Shown here: piece by piece, positions 57,625 through 64,000 of the stretch
Layout of the letters: each line of letters opens with the position of its first letter
Position numbering within the stretch: position 1 is the stretch's first letter
Assembly: GCA_002381765.1 (NCBI GenBank)
Contig: DFXX01000037.1
Span: 223-64,222 of the forward strand
Direction of reading: 5' to 3'
Source: Bacteriovoracaceae bacterium UBA4097
Lineage (GTDB): Bacteria > Bdellovibrionota > Bacteriovoracia > Bacteriovoracales > Bacteriovoracaceae
Length of the DNA stretch: 64,000 nucleotides
Notes under the pieces: model-generated
What the model was told of the DNA's origin: nothing
The model's database searches: none
The model's input: only the letters and a program-made list of their open reading frames with translations
Position numbers and translations under genes: made by a program

Positions 57625-59418
57625 CTAATCTTCCTTGATTCTCCCTTCCTGACTTAGCGCAAGCTCCAGTCTGATAAGAGCGATGTGAGAGAAGGCCTGG
57701 GGAAAGTTTCCCAGCTGGCGTTTAGAGACTGGATCGTATTGCTCAGCCAAAAGACCAACATCATTTACAAGAGACATGAGTTTCTCATAGACCTTTTTTG
57801 CATCCTCAATTCTTCCTTGTAAGGCATAGACTTCTCCCAACCAACCACTACATAAGAGAAAGGCCCTTTTCCCATTGGGTGGAATTCCCTCTACTTCTTC
57901 TCTGGGTAGGTATCTCATAATAAGTCCTTCTTCCAGAAGAAGGTCTGCTTCAATCTTTTTAATAGTTCCCACGACTCTTGGATCGTTAGGAGGTAGAAAT
58001 CCTAGAAGAGGAATTCTTAGCAGATTAGCATCTACGTCTTCTGATTCATAAAATTGGGTGAAGCTATTAAGCTCCTTATTAAAGCCATTCTTACAAATAT
58101 CATCATGAATTTCAGATCTTATTTTTTTCCAATGATCTACTGGACCTTCTATACCAAATCTTTCGTTGGCCTCAATACACCAGTTGAAGGCGGCCCATAC
58201 CATGAGTTTTGAATGAACAAAATTTCTTTTTGGTCCCCTTACTTCCCAAATCCCTTCATCTGGCTCCTGCCACTTCTTTTCTAGATACTCAAGCATTCCC
58301 CGGGCAAGATCCCAGGCTTCTTTAAGTGGGGGGAGTCCCATACATTGGGCCATATAAAAAACTTCTATAACTGAGCCATAGATATCCAACTGAAGTTGAT
58401 CATGGGCCAAATTGCCTACCCGAACAGGAGTGGATTCTTCATAGCCTTTAAGCCAGGGGAGAGTAATTTCCATTGAGGGTCTCGTGCCATCGAGCTTATA
58501 GAGAACTTCCATTTGCGAGGGAAGTCCAGCTGTGGCCCTTACAAGCCAATGTCTCCAGGCCTCCATTTCTCCTCGCTGGCCAGTGCTATTAAGAACCGCC
58601 CGCATCGCTAGGGCGGCATCTCTCGGCCAGCAATAGCGGTAATCCCAATTCCTTTCTTCTCCGATCACTTCAGGAAGGGATGTTGTCACGGCCGCAACGA
58701 TACTTCCTGCAGGACTATAGGTCATGGCCTTCAAGGTAAGGATGGCACGTTTGATAATATCAGGATGTTTTGAGTTATCATCCAAATGACAGGACTCTAA
58801 CCACTCTTCCCAGAAATGATGCGTTTCCTCGAGGGCCTTTTGTGGCACCAGCTCCGGACCTTTTTTGTCATGCGATGATGACCAGCACATGTGGAAAGAA
58901 ACTCTCTCTCCTTTGGAAATTTGAAAAGAAGAGAGCAATTTATATTTCTCAACTCTGAGAATAGAAGTTGCTCGGACTGTGAGTTGATCAGGACCTCTGA
59001 TAATATTCACCTCTTGTTCGTTTTCTTTTTTAAAAAGGGGGATGAGTTCTCCATATTCAAATCGAGGACACATCTCCATCTCTACGGGAACGTCTCCTTC
59101 AAGACCTTCAACGATACGAACTATATCCACATAATCAGAAGCGGGAGGCATAAAATCGGTGATCCTCATTTTCCCGTGCTGAGTTTCATAGATAGTATCT
59201 AGGATGAGGGTGTTTTCTTTGTAGCTTCTGGACGTTTTTATAATGTCTTCGCGAGGTCTGATAGACCAGAATCCATTCTCTTTAGTTCCAAGGAGAGCAG
59301 CAAAACAAGCAGCGGAATCAAAGGCGGGGAGGCAGAGCCAATCGATGCATCCCTCATTACTTATGAGAGCAGCCGTCTTACAATCGCCAATCATGGCATA
59401 GTCTTCGATTCGTTGCAT
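57625..59418 (-). CDS. Glycoside hydrolase family 15 (glucoamylase/trehalase-like)
   Basis: IEDYAMIGD, TTSLPE, NWDYRYCWPRD, GIWEVRG, GNFPQAFSH. Confidence 0.95.
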   Translation of the reverse strand: MQRIEDYAMIGDCKTAALISNEGCIDWLCLPAFDSAACFAALLGTKENGFWSIRPREDIIKTSRSYKENTLILDTIYETQHGKMRITDFMPPASDYVDIVRIVEGLEGDVPVEMEMCPRFEYGELIPLFKKENEQEVNIIRGPDQLTVRATSILRVEKYKLLSSFQISKGERVSFHMCWSSSHDKKGPELVPQKALEETHHFWEEWLESCHLDDNSKHPDIIKRAILTLKAMTYSPAGSIVAAVTTSLPEVIGEERNWDYRYCWPRDAALAMRAVLNSTGQRGEMEAWRHWLVRATAGLPSQMEVLYKLDGTRPSMEITLPWLKGYEESTPVRVGNLAHDQLQLDIYGSVIEVFYMAQCMGLPPLKEAWDLARGMLEYLEKKWQEPDEGIWEVRGPKRNFVHSKLMVWAAFNWCIEANERFGIEGPVDHWKKIRSEIHDDICKNGFNKELNSFTQFYESEDVDANLLRIPLLGFLPPNDPRVVGTIKKIEADLLLEEGLIMRYLPREEVEGIPPNGKRAFLLCSGWLGEVYALQGRIEDAKKVYEKLMSLVNDVGLLAEQYDPVSKRQLGNFPQAFSHIALIRLELALSQEGRIKED

Positions 59419-59532
59419 CTTTGACCTCTTTTTTTGGAAAAAGAAGTGCTATTTATATCAGGTTTAAATAGCAAAAAGCCACCCAGGAGGGTGGCCCTTA
59501 TGCTGAAGATTTCTTTAGAGAGTAAGCAGGAA

Positions 59533-59964
59533 TTAGTCGATGTTGCAAGTATAGTCGAAGCGACCATTGGCAGTAACAAGGCTGATTGTTTTGCCTGAGT
59601 TATAATGAGTAACTTCCTGAGAAAGGGTCTTTCCAGAAACTGTATCTCTCATTTCAAGTTGCACGCCATCATGACTTTCTGTAGCAGCAATATGAACATT
59701 TAATTGAACTCGTTTAGCGCGGCCATCAATTACAATAGAGGCCATACCATTTTTAACAGTGTATGGATTGTATTCAACAGAAAGAACTTCTTCCTTATAA
59801 ACAGCTTTATTTAAAGAGTTTTTGCTTTGTCCAACAAGGTAAGGGGCAGTGAGATTTTTCGAACTATCTGATACCTGGGCCTTGCAAGAAAAGCTATTAA
59901 AAGCAAGAGTTGAAGAAGACCAGACCATTGTAGAGAGAAGAGCTAGTGATAATACGGTTTTCAT
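59533..59964 (-). CDS. Secreted hypothetical protein
   Basis: Signal peptide, terminal Cys pair, GGAGG RBS. Confidence 0.8.
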   Translation of the reverse strand: MKTVLSLALLSTMVWSSSTLAFNSFSCKAQVSDSSKNLTAPYLVGQSKNSLNKAVYKEEVLSVEYNPYTVKNGMASIVIDGRAKRVQLNVHIAATESHDGVQLEMRDTVSGKTLSQEVTHYNSGKTISLVTANGRFDYTCNID

Positions 59965-60038
59965 AGAAAGCCTCCAAAGTGTTTAGTGGGAAGCAATTAT
60001 CACTTAAAATATGCTAAGCCTATCTTAATGAAAAAATT

Positions 60039-60491
60039 TCAGGGTGAACAAAGAAAGGCCGGTGGATTTTTAAAGGTTTTCAGGCATTGATCTGTCCACT
60101 CACCTCTAAAATATCTGGCATGGCCAAAGAACCAACTAATCTTTTTTATATCTGGTGTGATTTTATATTCAACTGGGAATGATTCTGGAATTATTCCATC
60201 GACTTCATAACACCAGCCATAACTATTCATTTCCTCATCACTGATGACTTCCAGGGCCTCTAGGCCAATCGGGGTATTAAAGGCCGTGTGTAGACCAATT
60301 TCATTTCCAATGTGAGGAGCTTGAAACTTTTCTAAGACTGCAATCGTGATGGCACCTACGTTTTCAAAAGCCTCATCAACTTCTGTCTTAAGAAGTGGGC
60401 CGTCTTGGCAAGGTCCAATGAATTCTATTTCAAGGGCATTAACTGAAAAACTGAGAGTGAACAGACAAAAAATACGAATGAATGAAGTCAT
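60039..60491 (-). CDS. Secreted DUF4430-like protein
   Basis: Signal peptide, YGWCYEVDG motif. Confidence 0.65.
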   Translation of the reverse strand: MTSFIRIFCLFTLSFSVNALEIEFIGPCQDGPLLKTEVDEAFENVGAITIAVLEKFQAPHIGNEIGLHTAFNTPIGLEALEVISDEEMNSYGWCYEVDGIIPESFPVEYKITPDIKKISWFFGHARYFRGEWTDQCLKTFKNPPAFLCSP

Positions 60492-61015
60492 TGATGATCC
60501 AAGATGATAGTAGGTTTGTTATTAACATTCTTTAAGGTGAGAATCATTTGATTCCACTTCCCCCTCAAAGTTTCAGTGGCGATTTCAGTATTGGTGATAT
60601 CCTGGATTTCAACTTGTGACATCTGGCCCACTTTCTGGCCCAGCTGAATAAAGTCTCCTAGATGAGTTTTTCTCGTTTGAGTATCCTTTAGCAGGACCAG
60701 AAGATTGAATGAACAATTATGTATTTTATATCCTGGAAGGTAATCCCATATCATGGCTTTTTTCAGCCTGATTTTTGAGATAGAAAATTCTTCGTTCTCC
60801 TCAATGAGCTCCAGAGACGTATACGGTCTTTTTTCCGTATACTTAGTGATCTTACCATTCTTAATAAATTGGCAGCGCATCACGACTTGAGCTTGTTCAG
60901 GAATTAATCCATTGGCATGGAGTTCACCCTCAAGATCATTGACCTTGAAAGTATAACCTTCAGTCATGGCCGTTAGTGGTAGAAAGAGGAATAGCATGAT
61001 GAGGAATATTTTCAT
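60488..61015 (-). CDS. Secreted hypothetical protein
   Basis: Signal peptide; overlaps next gene. Confidence 0.75.
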   Translation of the reverse strand: MKIFLIMLFLFLPLTAMTEGYTFKVNDLEGELHANGLIPEQAQVVMRCQFIKNGKITKYTEKRPYTSLELIEENEEFSISKIRLKKAMIWDYLPGYKIHNCSFNLLVLLKDTQTRKTHLGDFIQLGQKVGQMSQVEIQDITNTEIATETLRGKWNQMILTLKNVNNKPTIILDHQ

Positions 61016-61138
61016 GACACCTACCTATCACAAACAAAATGATGTGACGATAACTCAATGTTTCATGAACTTCTTAATAACAAATCAAGGTGCTTTCTAA
61101 GTGGCCTCTCTTTAGAATCCAGACTGCGGAGGCAAAAA

Positions 61139-61843
61139 ATGGAGAGACTGTTTTTCGAAGGTTTCTTACTGCAAGCAAGTCTGATTCTGGCCCTGGGGGC
61201 CCAGAATGTCTTTGTATTGGAGTCTGGTCTAAAACGGCAGTATCCTCTGGTGGTCTCCCTGGTATGTTTTCTCTCAGATTTTGCTCTGATTACCTTAGGG
61301 GTAATTGGCTCTGCTTCTGTTCTCACGGCCTATCCTGAAGCGAGAATCTTCATTGGCATTATTGGCGTGCTCTTTCTCTTTAGTTATGGTTGGGGAAAGA
61401 TATTTACCAAGTCAGAAAAATTTCAGGAGAGTGAATCGACTCTGAAGATGACTCTCAAGCGCAGTATTCTTTTGGCCCTTACTTTTAGTGTTCTTAATCC
61501 TCATGCTTATCTTGATGCCTTTGTGCTTATTGGTGGGTATTCAGCAAAGTATGAACTTTTGAGTGATAGATTGGCCGTAGGAGTTGGTGCTGCTGCCTTC
61601 TCGGGTGTGTGGTTTGTTATTTTGTCTTCCACTTCTTCTCTTCTCAAGCCACATCTTTCAAATCCCTTTTTGATGAGAAAAATAATGTCTGCTTCGGGAA
61701 TAATTTTAATCCTCCTCTCCGGTAAGCTAGGTATGGATGTAATTAGTTGGATGATTCAAGATCTGACTTGGGAGGGAAATGCCCTTTCCTCTATGCCTTA
61801 CCCCATGGCCCCGGGAGATCTTTTTACGAGCATCCTTTTTTGA
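61139..61843 (+). CDS. LysE/ArgO amino-acid exporter
   Basis: LILALGAQNVFVL, LNPHAYLD; start MERLF after GGAGG. Confidence 0.92.
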   Translation: MERLFFEGFLLQASLILALGAQNVFVLESGLKRQYPLVVSLVCFLSDFALITLGVIGSASVLTAYPEARIFIGIIGVLFLFSYGWGKIFTKSEKFQESESTLKMTLKRSILLALTFSVLNPHAYLDAFVLIGGYSAKYELLSDRLAVGVGAAAFSGVWFVILSSTSSLLKPHLSNPFLMRKIMSASGIILILLSGKLGMDVISWMIQDLTWEGNALSSMPYPMAPGDLFTSILF

Positions 61844-62678
61844 ATTTAAGAAATTCCTGGATGAACTCATCTGATGAGAGATGTTTAGTCATATCCTTTC
61901 CTAAAGTCATCATAGCTTCTTTATAAAAAGTAATTTCTTCCTCTGAGTTATCGAAGTTCTTGTGAATGGGCATACGAGTGCGCCAGAACTTGTTTTGTGA
62001 GAGGTATTGAGGAAGAAACCGCAGAATATCTACAGCCGAAGAAGGCATGAGCCCAATGGAGATATGCATAGATTCAGCTTGGGTCTTAGCAATATGCCAC
62101 CAACCTGAAGGGATATAGAGCCAATCACCTTTCTTTAAGGTGACTTGAATTTCGATAGGAGTTTTCTCTTTCTCATACTCGAGATTTTTAGGAATAGAGC
62201 TGATGAGCGGATTTGGATGAACAGTATTTGGGCGTATAGTGTAGTGCTTACTTCCTCTTGTTTGTAGAATAAATACTTCCTCAACATCATAATGCCAGCC
62301 AAAGGCATTATGCCCCTCCGGTGTGCAGTAGAGCTGGATATCGACTTCGGTATGAAAAGATTGGGCGAAATCTTGAGCGAGATTTAAAAGTTCAGGGTGA
62401 GACTTCTCTGCATATCTTAAAAGAAGGGTATGACCTTTTTTATGATGCTCCAGGGCCTCATTATAGGAGAGTTCTACATAATCTTTAATAACCCTACCGT
62501 CCTGTACAATTCTTAAGACAGAGTTTTTTTTATTCATGACTTCTTCAACCACCTTCCAGTTAAGAAGGTGAAGCAGTTCCTGGGCCCCCTTCGGCGAAGA
62601 ATAGGGGATTTTTGTGAAATGTTTTTCAAGAAACATTTCCAGAGGTGTGTCTTGAAGGATCTTTTTTAGAATTTTCAT
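61824..62678 (-). CDS. JmjC/cupin-4 2OG-Fe(II) oxygenase
   Basis: FGWHYDVEEVFILQTRGSK, LYIPSGWWH. Confidence 0.88.
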   Translation of the reverse strand: MKILKKILQDTPLEMFLEKHFTKIPYSSPKGAQELLHLLNWKVVEEVMNKKNSVLRIVQDGRVIKDYVELSYNEALEHHKKGHTLLLRYAEKSHPELLNLAQDFAQSFHTEVDIQLYCTPEGHNAFGWHYDVEEVFILQTRGSKHYTIRPNTVHPNPLISSIPKNLEYEKEKTPIEIQVTLKKGDWLYIPSGWWHIAKTQAESMHISIGLMPSSAVDILRFLPQYLSQNKFWRTRMPIHKNFDNSEEEITFYKEAMMTLGKDMTKHLSSDEFIQEFLKFKKGCS

Positions 62679-62720
62679 AGAGGAATTCTAACGAAGATGC
62701 TTCCCATCGACTATAAAAAA

Positions 62721-63197
62721 TCAGTCAAGATTTCCTCTACCTCTACTGAGGGAGAATCTTCCTGAACCCAAGAAAAATACGGCAATCGCACCCAAGAGAT
62801 AAAGGGCATTAAGCTCCAGCATCCAGCCACCACCGGGCGATATCTTTAGAAAGTCTGAGGAGTGAACAAGAAGTATCGCCATCAACATATTAAAGGCAAC
62901 TAGAAAGGCAGCTATTCTTACTTTCCATCCAATGATCATCATCGCAGGGCCAATGACTTCGCCCAAGAAAACACCGAAAGAGAAAAAAGCAGGAAGACCC
63001 ACACTCATGAGAATTTGATCCACTTGTTCGGTACCAGTCATAAGCTTATTAAACCCATGTATCAGCATGAGACCACCGATGGTGATTCTCAAAATAAAAC
63101 ATCCTACATCTACTTTCTCAAAGCGGACAACGTCGGTAATGTCGTAATCATTATTTGTTCGAACTCGTGAATGATTAATATGTTCTGCTCTTTGCAT
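62721..63197 (-). CDS. DoxX-family membrane protein
   Basis: LRITIGGLMLIHGFNK, GE, LVH, GSGRFS; start MQRAE after GAAGGAG. Confidence 0.9.
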   Translation of the reverse strand: MQRAEHINHSRVRTNNDYDITDVVRFEKVDVGCFILRITIGGLMLIHGFNKLMTGTEQVDQILMSVGLPAFFSFGVFLGEVIGPAMMIIGWKVRIAAFLVAFNMLMAILLVHSSDFLKISPGGGWMLELNALYLLGAIAVFFLGSGRFSLSRGRGNLD

Positions 63198-63300
63198 ATG
63201 GCCCTCCTTCAATTCAGGTTTAGTTATATTAAAGGGCCAGGATGAAGAGGTCATGAGGGGGAGTGACGTTGACAAGATTGGTCTACAGTGGTCTTGATGC

Positions 63301-63332
63301 AAAAAAAAAGGCCTCATTGCTGAGGCCTCTTT
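63301..63332 (-). terminator. Rho-independent terminator
   Basis: A9-GGCCTCA-TTGC-TGAGGCC downstream of the small lipoprotein. Confidence 0.8.
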
Positions 63333-63355
63333 TGAGTTACTTCTTTTTTTTGAAA

Positions 63356-63538
63356 TTACTCAGCTGCAGGAGCTTCTTCAACAGCTTCGTCCATTGGAGC
63401 TTCTTCAACAACAGCTTCTTCAGTTGCTGGAGCAGCTTGCTCTACAGTTGTAGATTCAGCAGGAGCTGCTTCTTCTTTTTTATTACAAGCAACAGCAAGA
63501 ACCATAAGAGCAGCAGCGAGTACGAAATACTTAGACAT
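63356..63538 (-). CDS. Small acidic Ala/Glu-rich lipoprotein
   Basis: Lipobox AVAC, EAAP repeats, AAAGGAG RBS, terminator. Confidence 0.85.
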   Translation of the reverse strand: MSKYFVLAAALMVLAVACNKKEEAAPAESTTVEQAAPATEEAVVEEAPMDEAVEEAPAAE

Positions 63539-63685
63539 AAATTCTCCTTTATTATCATTCTTATTAAATTTGAATGACTTAATTCCTGATTAATTACATA
63601 TAAATTTATCGAATCTCTCGGCTCCCTGCAAGGGCCATGCTTAATTATTTTAATAGCTTGTTATTTTCTTCCCGACCCGACGGTG

Positions 63686-64000
63686 TCAATATTTTCTATT
63701 TACCTTGCGGCAAAGACTGAAGGCAAGTTTTTGAGGATAGTAAGCGGCTTCATTGATGAAGATAGGGTAAAGCTCTTCTTGTATATCATGGTCTATGCTT
63801 TCTCCTTTAAAGCTTTCGAAAGCAGTGAATCTTTCTTTAAGTGGATGAAAGTCCTGACCTTGAAGGTCCTTATGAATATAAGCGGTGATCTTGCCTGCTT
63901 CATTTTCTGGGTAGTAAACATCTTTTACTTCTTCATAGATCTCAATACTTCCTGTTGAAGGCAAGGGATGAAGAGAGAGATGATTAAGAATACTTTCTAA
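63686..64000 (-). CDS. C-terminal part of a gene truncated by the window edge
   Basis: Frame stays open to the window end (LESILNHLSLHPLPSTG...). Confidence 0.6.
   Translation of the reverse strand, partial: LESILNHLSLHPLPSTGSIEIYEEVKDVYYPENEAGKITAYIHKDLQGQDFHPLKERFTAFESFKGESIDHDIQEELYPIFINEAAYYPQKLAFSLCRKVNRKY

Noticed and set aside
1448-61338. Numerous 60-150 aa ORFs nested in or antisense to long genes
   Set aside because: No RBS or motifs; fully overlap well-supported CDSs
63263-63958. Plus-strand ORFs 63263-63577 and 63683-63958
   Set aside because: Antisense shadows of minus-strand genes

Overview
Bacterial chromosomal window of moderately low GC. TIGR02147/DUF4423, many orphan Cys-containing secreted proteins, a BspA/DUF285 lipoprotein and sigma28-type promoters suggest a predatory Bdellovibrionota (Bacteriovoracia-like) host; this is inference. 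Bases 1-~3200 are the right end of an integrative element (SSB, excisionase, tyrosine integrase) carrying a DarT-like DNA ADP-ribosyltransferase with an acidic C-terminal extension and no adjacent antitoxin. The rest is accessory/housekeeping DNA. It includes an arsenic-resistance operon (arsC-acr3-arsH-glyoxalase fusion-ArsO-like FMO) headed by a MerR-family regulator with a near-perfect mer-type operator and no ArsR. An Rrf2 repressor / Old Yellow Enzyme divergon has two operator repeats and a 79-nt tRNA-shaped RNA with a non-canonical anticodon arm in the OYE leader. Also present: a ~1,720-aa poly-HAMP hybrid kinase broken by two +1 insertions (probably assembly artefacts), SulP-Usp, an RPH-like PEP-utilising enzyme, two JmjC oxygenases, an epimerase-VKOR fusion, an orphan ExbB/ExbD-like pair, NnrS and GH15. 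Best candidates for undescribed biology: the MerR-controlled ars operon, the Rrf2-controlled tRNA-like leader and the orphan DarT fusion. All family calls come from motif recognition by eye, without database searches.
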